Part shown: positions 1-9,945 of the stretch, in pieces
Position numbering within the stretch: position 1 is the stretch's first letter
Layout of the letters: each line of letters opens with the position of its first letter
From: an uncultured Holophagales bacterium
GTDB lineage: Bacteria; Acidobacteriota; Thermoanaerobaculia; Multivoradales; UBA5704
Assembly (NCBI GenBank): GCA_963842525.1
Contig: CAWJGT010000004.1
Coordinates: 192,001-256,000, forward strand
Direction: 5' to 3'
DNA length: 64,000 nucleotides
The notes under the pieces: model-generated
The model's database searches: none
Told to the model about the DNA's origin: nothing
What the model saw: only the letters and a program-made list of their open reading frames with translations
Position numbers and translations under genes: made by a program

Positions 1-1321
1 GCCTATCACCTGGTGGTGCGCCACGGCCTGCGCGACGTGGTGCTGGTGGACGACCAGCCGCCACTGTCGGTGACCAGCGACAAGTCCACCGAGTGCTACC
101 GCAACTGGTGGCCCGGACCGGGCGACACCATGGTGCGCTTCATGGGCCGGAGCATCGATCTCCTCGAGGAGCTGGAAGAGGAGAGCGGCCACCGGTTGGC
201 GATGAACCGCAACGGCTACGCCTACCTGACCGCCGACCCCGCCCGGGCGGCCGAGATGGAACGCGGCGCGCGGGAAGTCTCCGCTCTCGGTGCCGGGGAG
301 CTGCGCGTCCATTCTGGGAGGAGCGGCGCTCCGGAGTATCCGGAGGCGCCCTTCGACGCGCTCGATCGCTCGCTGACGGGGGCCGACCTGGTGCTCGACC
401 GCGCAGCGATCTTGCGCCGTTTCCCGTTCGTCGTGCCGGACGTGGTCGCCATGCTCCATCTGCGCCGTTGCGGCTGGCTCTCCGCCCAGCAGCTCGGCAT
501 GTACCTCCTGGAGCAGGCCCGGGAGCGGGGGTTGCGCCGGATCGCCGGGAGAATCGAGGAGGTCGTGGTGCGGGACGGTCGCGTCGAGGCGGTCCGCCTG
601 GAGCCGGGGGCCGAGGTCCGGGAGATCTCCACCCGGTGCTTCGTCAACGCTGCGGGCCCCCTCGCTTCCGAGGTGGGCCGCAGGAGCGGCGTCGAGCTCC
701 CGCTCTTCAACGAGCTGCACGGCAAGGTGACGTTCGACGACTACCTCGGGCTCCTGCCGCGCGAGCTGCCGCTGATGCTGTGGAGCGACCCGGTGACCCT
801 CGCCTGGAGCGACGAAGAGCGGGCCGAGCTCGCCGCCGATCCGGAAGCTCCGCTGGCTCACCGGGACCCTGCCGGCCGGAGTCCACTTCCGGCCCGAGGG
901 CGGCCACGGCAGCCGCATGCTGCTCCTTCTCTGGACCTACCACATCGAGCCCCTGGCGCCGGCCTTCCCGCCGGCTTTCGACTCCTGGTATCCGGAGGTG
1001 GTCCTGCGCGGCCTCGTGCAGATGGTGCCGGCCCTCGGCGAGTACCTGACGCGCATGCGCCGTCCCTATGTGGACGGCGGCTACTACTGCAAGACGCGCG
1101 AGAACCGGGCGCTGATCGGCCCGACGCCGGTGGAAGGCAACCACCTGTTCTGCGGCCTGTCCGGCTACGGCATCATGGCCTCCCAGGCCGGGGCCGAGCT
1201 GCTGGCCGCCCACATCATGGGGACGGAGCTGCCCTCGTACGCCGGCGACTTCCTGCTGTCTCGCTACCAGGACCCCTCCTACCTGGCGGGCCTGGAGAGG
1301 CTGGCCTCGGGGCAGTTGTAA
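1..1321 (+). CDS. FAD-dependent oxidoreductase (DAO/sarcosine oxidase-like), 5' truncated by window, frameshift near 846
   Basis: FVNAAGP and the C-terminal CGLSGYGIMASQAGAELLA motif; removing one A in GAAGCTC (844-850) joins ORF 13.. to ORF 917..1321 via PELRWLTGTLPAGVHFRPEG. Confidence 0.85.
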
Positions 1322-1434
1322 GCCCGGAAACCCGTCTCCTCCCCGCCCCGTAGGGATCCCGGGCAGGGTATCCTGCTCCCCAACCTTTATCCCACAGGCC
1401 GCCGGGCTCCGGTCCGCCGGCTGGAGGTGGCCTC

Positions 1435-2598
1435 ATGCGCCGTACGTTGTTCTTGACGTCGTTCCTGCTGTCCGCCTTGCCGCTGCACGCTCTGGAAGTC
1501 CGCTTCCACCCCAAAGACTTCGTCTACTCCTACGAGATGTACCCCGAGAAGGGGCTCTCCTCCGTCATGCTCCAGAACATGGCGTTCGTGCAGACCGGCG
1601 GCGAGCCGGTGACCCTCGAATCTGTCGAGATCCGAGTGATGGCCGGAGGGGAGGCGGTCCAGACGGTAGTCCTCCCCGCCCGGATGCTCGAAGGCAGCGC
1701 GCAGCAGATGAGCGCCCTGGAGGCGGAGGGCGTTTTGAAAGCCTATGACTTCTACTTCCAGACCAGCCGGTACCTGGGGGAGGGCATCCGCCTGGCGCCC
1801 AACCGGACGCTCGCCCCGGGGACGGCGCTCATCGTTTTCGGCAAGCCGCTTCTCCTGCTCGCGCCCGCCGAGGCCGTCGAGGTCGTCGCCCGCGGCCGCG
1901 GCGCCGCCGGGCCTGTCGAGGCCCGCGCCAGCCTGAAGGTCGTCAGCCACAAATCCGGGAACGAGTACCACTTGCCCGTGGCCGGGACCTGGTACGTCGG
2001 CGTGGGGCCGAGCCTGGACGCCCCCCACCGCTGGGTCACCAACGAGGAGTTCGCCATCGACCTCGGCGTCGCGGGAGGTGACGGCAGGACCCACAAGGGA
2101 GACGGCTCCAAGGTCGAGGACTACTACGGCTATGGCCGGGATGTCCTGGCCGTGGGGGATGGCGAGGTGGTGGCGGCGGTCACCGATGCGGTGGAGGATC
2201 CCGCCCGCATGCCGCGGCCGGGAGAGAGCTACGCCGATTTCGAGAAGCGAACCCTGGCGGGACAGAATGCGCTGCTGGCGAAGGGGCCCACGGTACCGCT
2301 CGGCAACTACGTCGTCATCCGCCACGGCGGGAACGAGCACTCCCACTACGCGCACCTGAAGCCCGGGAGCGTGCGGGTGAAGGTGGGGGAGGCGGTCAAG
2401 CGCGGCCAGGTCATCGGCCAGCTCGGCCACAGCGGCAACAGCACCGAGCCGCACCTCCATTTCCAGATGACCGACGGCCCGGACCCCCTGTACTCGCGCG
2501 GCATCCCGGTGGTCTTCCGCAATACCTACGTCGAGGGGTTTGGCTACCAGGGGCGTCCGCTGCAGTCGGGCTGGATCGTGACGACCCGGCAGCAGTAG
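1435..2598 (+). CDS. M23 family metallopeptidase, secreted
   Basis: Signal peptide, SD GGAGG, YAHLKPGS...GQVIGQLGHSGNSTEPHLHF. Confidence 0.9.
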   Translation: MRRTLFLTSFLLSALPLHALEVRFHPKDFVYSYEMYPEKGLSSVMLQNMAFVQTGGEPVTLESVEIRVMAGGEAVQTVVLPARMLEGSAQQMSALEAEGVLKAYDFYFQTSRYLGEGIRLAPNRTLAPGTALIVFGKPLLLLAPAEAVEVVARGRGAAGPVEARASLKVVSHKSGNEYHLPVAGTWYVGVGPSLDAPHRWVTNEEFAIDLGVAGGDGRTHKGDGSKVEDYYGYGRDVLAVGDGEVVAAVTDAVEDPARMPRPGESYADFEKRTLAGQNALLAKGPTVPLGNYVVIRHGGNEHSHYAHLKPGSVRVKVGEAVKRGQVIGQLGHSGNSTEPHLHFQMTDGPDPLYSRGIPVVFRNTYVEGFGYQGRPLQSGWIVTTRQQ

Positions 2599-2604
2599 AG
2601 CACC

Positions 2605-3195
2605 TCAGCGTTTTCCGAACAGGCCTCCGAGCAGATCGCCGCCCATGCCGGCGATCTCGTCCATGGCGCTGCCGTCGCCATCGCGGTCGAGGATCTTCGT
2701 CAGCATGCCGCCGATGCCGGAGCCGCTCTGGGCCTGCGCGGAGCCGAGGACATCGGCGAGACCGCCGGAATCCAGCCCCTTCTGGCGGTTCATCCGCCCG
2801 AGGGCGCTGAGCACGAGCGGGGCGAGCATGGCGAGGAGCTGGCCCGCCTTGCCGGCTTCGAGCCCGGTGGCCTGGCCCAGGCCGGCCGAGGCGCGGGGCG
2901 TGGAGCCGCCGAAGATATGCCCCAGAATGGCCGCGCCCGGGCCGGTGTCTCCCATGCCCAGGAAGCCTGCGGCCTGGTCGAGCAGACTGCCGTCGTGGTC
3001 GCGGCTTACAGCGTTGTGGAGCGCCGCGGCACCCTCCGGCTGCGCGGCGTTGCGGGCCAGCGCACCGGTGAGCAGAGGAAGCGCTCCGTCGACGGCTCGC
3101 TGCGCCGTGGCATGGTCGATGCCCAACTGGTCGCTGATGGCCTGGATGCCCTGCGGGCCGAGTTGGGCCGAGACGAGATCATTGATGGAAGTCAT
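2605..3195 (-). CDS. DUF937 family protein
   Basis: GAAALHNAVSRDHDGSLLD, GAAILGHIFG, LDRDGDGSAMD pattern. Confidence 0.8.
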   Translation of the reverse strand: MTSINDLVSAQLGPQGIQAISDQLGIDHATAQRAVDGALPLLTGALARNAAQPEGAAALHNAVSRDHDGSLLDQAAGFLGMGDTGPGAAILGHIFGGSTPRASAGLGQATGLEAGKAGQLLAMLAPLVLSALGRMNRQKGLDSGGLADVLGSAQAQSGSGIGGMLTKILDRDGDGSAMDEIAGMGGDLLGGLFGKR

Positions 3196-3252
3196 GACAG
3201 TTCCTTTCTGGTTCGAGGTGGCGAGTCTAGGTGTGGAGGCTTACGCCCCGCA

Positions 3253-3477
3253 TTACGCGTCGACCACCTTCAGGGCGTCGACCGGACAGACGGTGCAGGC
3301 TTCGATCAGCCGGTCGCGATCGATGTCCGGGGCGTCCTCCCGGAAGATGACGATTCCCTCCGCGTCGAGCTCGAAGACCTCGGGGGCCAGCTTGATGCAA
3401 TTGCTGCTGCCGATGCAGGTCATGCGGTCGATGACGACGGTCAGTCCGCTGAGGCGGCGCTCAATTGTTTCGGCCAT
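3253..3477 (-). CDS. Ferredoxin (single cluster, probably 3Fe-4S)
   Basis: CIGSSNC...APEVF...CPVDAL. Confidence 0.9.
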   Translation of the reverse strand: MAETIERRLSGLTVVIDRMTCIGSSNCIKLAPEVFELDAEGIVIFREDAPDIDRDRLIEACTVCPVDALKVVDA

Positions 3478-3507
3478 GGTGCAAGTATAGGCCCGGAGTA
3501 GGCCCCC

Positions 3508-4125
3508 TCAGCCCGCCTCCCCGGCATACAGATACGTACCGACCTTCGGCCCTGGAATGTAGAAGCGATCGATCCGCTCCAGACGGAGCCCTGCGCCCTC
3601 GATCAGGCGATCGATCTCGCGGTTCAGATGACAGCCGCCGGCGAGCCTTTTCTGGAGAGGGGTGAGCCGGTCCTGCCAGCGGGCCACGCGCGGCTCGGGG
3701 GAGCGGCCGTGCTCGACGAAGTGGAAGGCGCCGCCGGGTTTCAGGACCCGCCGCACCTCGCGCAACGCGTTTTCCACATCCGGGATTGTGCAGAGGGTCC
3801 AGGTGGAGGCGACCGCGTCGACCGAGGCGTCGGATAGCGGGAGGGTCTCCGCGGTGCTCCCGATGCGCTCCACCGGGAACGGGGCCGCCTCGATCGCCTG
3901 GCGCGCCATCCTCCAGGCCTCATCCGAGGGTTCGACGGCGTAGAGCCGCGCCACCCCTGCCGGCCCCGGCGGATACCAGGGCAGGTTCAGACCGGAGCCG
4001 AAGCCGATCTCGAGGACATCTCCTGAAACACCCTGCAGGTATCTCTGCCGCAGGTCAGCGAATTCACGGCCTCCCAGCACCCAGTGGACGAGGTGGGGGA
4101 GGAGGCGGTCCGTGTAGAGGGGCAT
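3508..4125 (-). CDS. Class I SAM-dependent methyltransferase
   Basis: VLEIGFGSG, LREVRRVLKPGG, GGCHLNR. Confidence 0.9.
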   Translation of the reverse strand: MPLYTDRLLPHLVHWVLGGREFADLRQRYLQGVSGDVLEIGFGSGLNLPWYPPGPAGVARLYAVEPSDEAWRMARQAIEAAPFPVERIGSTAETLPLSDASVDAVASTWTLCTIPDVENALREVRRVLKPGGAFHFVEHGRSPEPRVARWQDRLTPLQKRLAGGCHLNREIDRLIEGAGLRLERIDRFYIPGPKVGTYLYAGEAG

Positions 4126-4250
4126 GCCGGGATGCTACCCGAGCGCCAGGAATTTATCCCCGGCGTTTCACCCTTACGTGTACAATCGCCCGGTTGCGGC
4201 GGGCTCCGCGAGCCGCCCTGCGCGGTATCACCCTACTCTGGAGAATGGAT

Positions 4251-5114
4251 ATGAAGAAGCTTTCCGCCCTTGCCGCCTTGCTGCTCCTCTCGGCAGTTAC
4301 GGCTCGCGCCGCTGAGCAGAACCAGGGCCAGCCGGCCCAGCAGGCCCCGAAGGCCGCGCCCGCCCAGCCGGGCAACAAGCCCGAGTCGCTCGACGACAAG
4401 GCCAGCTACATCATCGGCCTGAACCTCGGGTCGAACCTCAAGCAGAACGAGGTCCCGGTCAATCTCGATCTCATCGTCCGCGGCCTCCGGGACGGCCTCG
4501 CCGGCTCCCAGGCGCTGACCAACGAGGAGGTCCAGGCTGCCATGCAGGAGTTCCAGCAGAAGATGGTGGCCGCGCAGCAGGCGAAGGCGAAGGTTGCCGG
4601 AGAGACGAACAAGAAGGCGGCCGACGAGTTCCTGACCGCCAACAAGGCCCAGCAGGGCGTGGTCACCACGGCGAGCGGGCTGCAGTACCAGGTGCTCCAG
4701 CAGGGCACCGGCCCAAAGCCGAAGGCGGATGACAAGGTGACGGTCAACTACAAGGGCACGCTGCTCGACGGCACGGTATTCGACAGCTCCTACGACCGCG
4801 GCGAGCCGGCCACCTTCGGGGTGAGCCAGGTGATCCCCGGCTGGGTCGAGGCCCTGCAGCTCATGCCGGTGGGCTCCAAGTACAAGCTCTTCATCCCGCC
4901 GAACCTGGCGTATGGCGAGTCCGGCGCCGGCCGCGACATCGGCCCCAACTCGGCCCTGGTCTTCGAGGTCGAGCTTCTGAAGATCGAGCCGCCGGCCGCG
5001 GCGGGGCAGACTCCGCCGGCGGACGGCCATGCCGGCCATGCGCACGGCGAGCAGCCGCAGCTCCAGCAGGAACAGAAGCCGCCGCAAGAAGAGCAGAAGC
5101 CGCCCCAGCAGTAA
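4251..5114 (+). CDS. fkpA: FKBP-type peptidyl-prolyl isomerase (FkpA/Mip-like)
   Basis: Signal peptide MKKLSALAALL after SD GGAGA; VNYKGTLLDGTVFDSSYDRGEP, VIPGWVEAL, LVFEVELL. Confidence 0.92.
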   Translation: MKKLSALAALLLLSAVTARAAEQNQGQPAQQAPKAAPAQPGNKPESLDDKASYIIGLNLGSNLKQNEVPVNLDLIVRGLRDGLAGSQALTNEEVQAAMQEFQQKMVAAQQAKAKVAGETNKKAADEFLTANKAQQGVVTTASGLQYQVLQQGTGPKPKADDKVTVNYKGTLLDGTVFDSSYDRGEPATFGVSQVIPGWVEALQLMPVGSKYKLFIPPNLAYGESGAGRDIGPNSALVFEVELLKIEPPAAAGQTPPADGHAGHAHGEQPQLQQEQKPPQEEQKPPQQ

Positions 5115-5156
5115 CCCCCACTTGTCAGGACAAAGGGCGCAGCATGCTGCGCCCGC

Positions 5157-5729
5157 TCAGTCCGTAAGTTGGCCCGCACCCTCGGGCACGAGCCAGTCGA
5201 GATCGTCGCGGTGGCTGACGAGGTGGGGCTTGGCGCGACAGTTTCTGGTGAAGATGGCCAGCTCGCTCCACCTCGAATAAGGCCCGCTCCACTCGGAAAA
5301 TCCCATCCTCCAGAGTGAGGCGCTTCGGCAGGCGACTCCCTGATCACCTTGCTGATGCCACTCCGAGGCCGCCCTACGCGTAAGGTCCTTCGGGACACCA
5401 TCAGGATAGGCGACTGCGAACCCTGCCGCCGTGATCCCTTCGACGGATACGACATCGACCACCTCGCCGGTCCAATCCACCTCCACGAGGCGCGGCCGGT
5501 AGGCAGGCAGGAGGTCTTCCATCTCGACGCCTGCGAACCGCAGGATGTCGCGTGTCACCGCCCGTGCGACGAGTTGGCTGCAGCAGCAGTAGAGAGCCGG
5601 AAACTCCAGCGAGTTCCAGCGATTGTCAGCCGCCGTTCGGCTGAAGGAGGCATCCAGGGGATCTTTCCAACCGGCCCGGACGACACGATAGAGGGGACGG
5701 TGGACGTGAGATATAAGGAGGCGGCTCAT
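5157..5729 (-). CDS. RES domain toxin
   Basis: LYRV, NRWN...ALYC, GVACRSA; overlaps stop of the upstream HTH gene (ATGA). Confidence 0.75.
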   Translation of the reverse strand: MSRLLISHVHRPLYRVVRAGWKDPLDASFSRTAADNRWNSLEFPALYCCCSQLVARAVTRDILRFAGVEMEDLLPAYRPRLVEVDWTGEVVDVVSVEGITAAGFAVAYPDGVPKDLTRRAASEWHQQGDQGVACRSASLWRMGFSEWSGPYSRWSELAIFTRNCRAKPHLVSHRDDLDWLVPEGAGQLTD

Positions 5730-6523
5730 CCCTGATAGGCGAGGGCTACCTCGTAGCGGTCCGCTGCCTCCGCGATCCGCCCTCGCAAGATCCAGTCGAG
5801 AGCGCTCTCGCCGGTGAAGAGGCCGGCTTTCCTCCGGATCCCAGAGGCGAGACGCTCCGGCTGAAAGATCTCCAGCAGCCGGCGCAGCCCGGCATCAGCC
5901 TGGACCAGATCGGCCATCCTTTCGGCGGGAATCTCATGGCTGCCCCGCTCCCAGCGCCGGACTGTTTCGCCGGAGGTGCCGAGGACACGGCCGAGGAGGT
6001 CGTAGCTCAGGTCGAGCTGTGCCATGAGGCGCCTCAGGATATCCCGGCCCCGAACATTCCTCTCGGAGTCGCGCAGAACCTCGAAGATTGCCGTGTTGAA
6101 GACGGACAGAAACTCGTGCTCGGTGGCCTGCTCGACAGGGAGGTCCGGGAAGGACGCCTCCAACTCCTCCGGCGTATCGATCATGGCGCAGGGAAGTCCT
6201 AGAGCTTCCGCCACCCGGGCCCAGGTGAGCAGGAGGAATCGCAAGGCCGCCTCGGGCTCGCCGTGGCGGAGGAAGCGCAGGGACGGGAAGCAGGCCTGGA
6301 GCGAGCTGTGGCGCACCAACGTGGCCAAATCACCCTCGAATCCCGCAAGCTCATTGAGATCGGCCAGGCACCGATCCAAGAGATGGACGATTTCCCGAAC
6401 GCTGCCGAGGTCCGGCGTATCCGGCCGCAGTCGTTTCGGAGACTGTGCGTCGATCCGTACGCTCAGGCTCTGCAGGGCACGTTCCAGGACAATGGGATGC
6501 GGCAAAGAATCACCATGCCTCAT
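5726..6523 (-). CDS. Xre/MbcA/ParS-type antitoxin with long N-terminal extension
   Basis: HTH LSYDLLGRVLGTSGETVRRWERG plus C-terminal LFTGESALDWILRG; start placed at ATG after CACAAT -10. Confidence 0.7.
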   Translation of the reverse strand: MRHGDSLPHPIVLERALQSLSVRIDAQSPKRLRPDTPDLGSVREIVHLLDRCLADLNELAGFEGDLATLVRHSSLQACFPSLRFLRHGEPEAALRFLLLTWARVAEALGLPCAMIDTPEELEASFPDLPVEQATEHEFLSVFNTAIFEVLRDSERNVRGRDILRRLMAQLDLSYDLLGRVLGTSGETVRRWERGSHEIPAERMADLVQADAGLRRLLEIFQPERLASGIRRKAGLFTGESALDWILRGRIAEAADRYEVALAYQG

Positions 6524-6553
6524 GCCTCTATTGTGCCACACTGTTGCCACACG

Positions 6554-7966
6554 TCAAGTCTCCCCGAGCGCTTCCCGGATGTCCTCCAGCGCCATCTCCA
6601 TGCGGTCGTGGTGGGTGCGGAAGGAGAGGACGCAGATCCGCAGGGCGAAACGGCCGCGGAGGAGGGTGCCGGTCAGCATGACCCTCTGGCGGTCGTTGAT
6701 GCGGTCGAGGAGCTTCCGGTTGAGACGGTTGAGCTCGTCGTCGCCGGCGTCCTCGCGGCCCGGGGGGACGTAGCGGAAGGCGAAGAGCGAGAGGTCGGGC
6801 TCGGCCAGGACCTCGATCCCTTCGATCCGCCGCAGCTCCTCCAGCGCCCAGGACGTCAGGTCGAGCTTCTCGTCCAGCGCCTCGCGGAAGGGGCCGATGC
6901 CGTGCATCTTCATAGGGAGCCAGACCCGCAGGCCGCGGTAGGGCCGGCTCAGCTCGGGGGACATCTCGCAGAAATCGACCGGGTTGTCCTGCATCGCCGG
7001 CATGTAGTCGGCGGCGGCGCTGTGGGCGCGCTTCAAGGCGGCGCCGTCCCGTACGAGGAGGGCGCCGGTGCCGTACGGGAGGAACAGGCTCTTGTGCGGG
7101 TCGAGGATCAGCGAATCGGCGAGCTCCATGCCCGCGAGGGCCTGCCGCCCGCGTTCCGTCATGCGGAAGAAGGCGCCATAGGCGCCGTCGACGTGGAACC
7201 AGAGGTTTTCGCGGTGGCAGATCGCGGCGAGCCCCGGCAGTGGATCGACCGCGCCGCTGTTGGTCGTCCCGGCGTTGCCCACCACCAGGAACGGGGTGAG
7301 CCTCTGCCGGCGGTCCTCCTCGATCATCGACTCCAGGGCGTCGAGGCGGATGCGGAAGCGCTCGTCCGTGGGCACCTCGCGGACGTTCCGCGGCGGGAAC
7401 CCGGCGAGGACGGCGCTCTTGGCGATCGAGTGATGGGTCTGGTCCGAAGCATAGAGGATGCCGCGGAGGAAGTCCTCGGGGAGGCGCTCCCGCCGGGCGG
7501 TGACCAGGGCGATGAGGCTGGAGACCGAGCCGCCGCTGGTCAGCAATCCCCTGGTCTCGGGCGGCATGCCGGCGATCTCGCGGAACCAGGAGAGGACGTT
7601 CGCCTCGAGCTGCACCAGGGCCGGCGCGGCGGCGAAGACGCCGGTGTAGCGGTTGATCGTATCGGCGATCAGGTCGGCCACGGCGGAGTGGAACAGCCCG
7701 CCGCCGGGGATGTAGGCGAGGTAGCCCGGACCGGCGGCGTTGAAGGAGCTCGGGGCGGCCTTGCGGAAAAGGAGGTCCAGCAGCTTTGGGTAGGGCGTTC
7801 CCTGCTCGGGAGGGAGGGGCTCCTCCAGGGACCGCGCCAGCTTCATGCCTCCCTTCGTGCGGGAGGCGGGTTGCTCCGGAAGGGTCTCGATGTGATGGAC
7901 GATCCGTTCCAGGGCTGCGAGCACGAGGCTCCGCATCTCGTCGGCAGTGGGCTCCAGGGGTGCCAT
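6554..7966 (-). CDS. PLP-dependent group II (aromatic amino acid-type) decarboxylase
   Basis: YLAYIPGGG, TSGGS, AGTTNSGAVD, HVDGAYG, LDPHKSLFLPY. Confidence 0.93.
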   Translation of the reverse strand: MAPLEPTADEMRSLVLAALERIVHHIETLPEQPASRTKGGMKLARSLEEPLPPEQGTPYPKLLDLLFRKAAPSSFNAAGPGYLAYIPGGGLFHSAVADLIADTINRYTGVFAAAPALVQLEANVLSWFREIAGMPPETRGLLTSGGSVSSLIALVTARRERLPEDFLRGILYASDQTHHSIAKSAVLAGFPPRNVREVPTDERFRIRLDALESMIEEDRRQRLTPFLVVGNAGTTNSGAVDPLPGLAAICHRENLWFHVDGAYGAFFRMTERGRQALAGMELADSLILDPHKSLFLPYGTGALLVRDGAALKRAHSAAADYMPAMQDNPVDFCEMSPELSRPYRGLRVWLPMKMHGIGPFREALDEKLDLTSWALEELRRIEGIEVLAEPDLSLFAFRYVPPGREDAGDDELNRLNRKLLDRINDRQRVMLTGTLLRGRFALRICVLSFRTHHDRMEMALEDIREALGET

Positions 7967-7990
7967 GGCGGGAAAGAGTACACTCCGCCC

Positions 7991-9680
7991 GTGCTCCGGC
8001 GGAACCATCTTGCGGACGCCGCGGTCGCCCTGGGGCTCGCGGCCGCGGCCTGGCTCCTCTACCGCCCGGTCCTGAAGCTCTGGTGGACGCACGACGATTT
8101 TTTCCATCTGCGCTATCTGCTCACGCATCCACCGGGCTGGTACCTCTTCGACGCCTCGGCGTTCCGGCAGTTCCCGGCGCGGGTGTTCACGCCGCTGCTC
8201 TTCCTTTCCCTGGATGCCGACCGCCGGCTCTTCGGGCTGCAGCAAGCCGAGCCCTTCTACCTCCACCAGCTCGTTGCCGCGGTGCTCTGCCCCGTGGCGC
8301 TGTATGTGCTCCTGCGTCTCTGGTTGTCCCGCGGTTGGGCGGCGGCCGGGGCTTTCGTCTTCCTCACCGGTCCGGTGTTCACCTCCCTGACGCTGCTCCT
8401 GATGGTGCGCCACTACCTGGAAGCGATCCTGCTCGCGACGCTGGCCGTGGGCGCCTGGGCCGTGGCTTTGCGGAGATGGCCGGAGCGAGGTGCCTGGGTA
8501 TTCTCTGTGCTCTCGGCCATCGCCTGTTTCATGGCCTCGATGGCGAAGGAGGTCGCGGTACCGCTCGCCGTCTTCCTTCCCCTGCTGTCCCCAACGGGAG
8601 CCGCGCCGCCGTGGCGGGACAGGCTGCGGCTGGCGGTGCCGCACGGCGTGGCGCTCGGCCTCTATCTCGCCTGCCGTGCCGCTGCGCTGGGGACGCTCCT
8701 CGGGGGCTATGGCTTCACCGTGACTCCGCCAGATCTCCCTCGCCTCGCCCTGGCCCTGCCGGGCAAAATCGGGAAGGAGCTCCTGGGTGGGGAATGGACG
8801 CTGCCGGGCGTGTTGCTGGCCGCCGCACTGTCCGCCGGGGTCCTGGTGCTCCTGCGCCGGCGCCGGGCCGCGCTCGTGCTGCTGGCCGCGCTCCTCTTCG
8901 CCGCCCTTCCGGTCCTGCCGGTGTCGACCCACATGGAGCCGCGGTATGCAGTCGCGGCCTGGACCGTCCTCGTGGTCGCCTTCGCGGTGGGGGCCAGCCT
9001 GCTGGCGGTGGGAGGAGGAGCCGGGCGGTCCGCGGCGGTTGCGCTCGCCGTGGTCGCCTGCGCGGCGGGCCTGTGGCTCAACCGGCGGGATTGGGACGAA
9101 CGCTTCGCCCGGATGGAGCGGATGAGCGCCGAGAACCGGTTCCTCCTGGGGATGGGGGAGGGGGAGCTGCTCCGGCAGCCGCTCGCGCCGCCGGCTTCGC
9201 TCCGAGAGATGCGCTGGCTGAAGGAGGCGGTCTACCGCCGGCCGCCGGGCGGCGGATGGTTCCAGGACGACCTCTATCTATGTCTGCACCAGGGGGACGT
9301 CGGGCGGGTGTGGGGCTGGGACCCCGCCGCGCGCCGGATGATCGACCTCACGAGCCGGGTGCCGTTCCTGCGGGCCCGGCACTGCGGGTCCATCCGCCGC
9401 GATGTCCCTTTGAGCGTGGCGCTCCGCGTCTCCGGCTCGGACCTCTTCTGGGAACTCGGGCCCTACCGCGAAGGCCGGTACCTCTTCGTCGCGGACGGCG
9501 GGATCGGAGCCGTCGAGATGCCGCGCAGCGCCGGCTTCCAGATCGGAGGGCTGGAGGAGCTGTCGCTGCGGATCGGGTACCGGTCGCCCGCGGGGTGGGC
9601 CACCTACTCGCCCGAGCTGCGGATCGAGCTGGTGGACGGCCGGGAAGCTCCGCTGGTCGAGGCCCGCGGAGCAGTCCCAC
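7991..9680 (+). CDS. Polytopic membrane protein, GT-C glycosyltransferase-like; 3' end uncertain
   Basis: WWTHDDFFHL after first TM helix, MAKE motif, many TM helices; no stop at the expected end, frame runs into convergent genes. Confidence 0.65.
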
Positions 9681-9685
9681 TCACG

Positions 9686-9838
9686 TCAGCCGAGGATGGA
9701 GTCGACGGGGGACATGACATCAGGGAATGCTTCCACGGCGACCGTCTCGCCACGGCGGAACCGGCGGACGTCCCCTGCCTCCGCCATCCGGTGGTATTCA
9801 TCGATCGAGAAGAGCCGTCGCGAAATTTGGACTGCCAT
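9686..9838 (-). pseudogene. Uma2/DUF820 endonuclease remnant (internal deletion)
   Basis: N-terminus MAVQISRRLFSIDEYHRMAEAG fused directly to C-terminus RRGETVAVEAFPD...VDSILG; SD GGAGGT retained. Confidence 0.75.
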
Positions 9839-9945
9839 CGGGGTACCTCCGCCGGTCATTCTATCCGAAGCGCCCGTTGCCCCGTCTCCGAAAAGGATAA
9901 TCGGGATTCCGGCTCGGCGCAACCAACCTGCGCCGCCAGGCCGCA

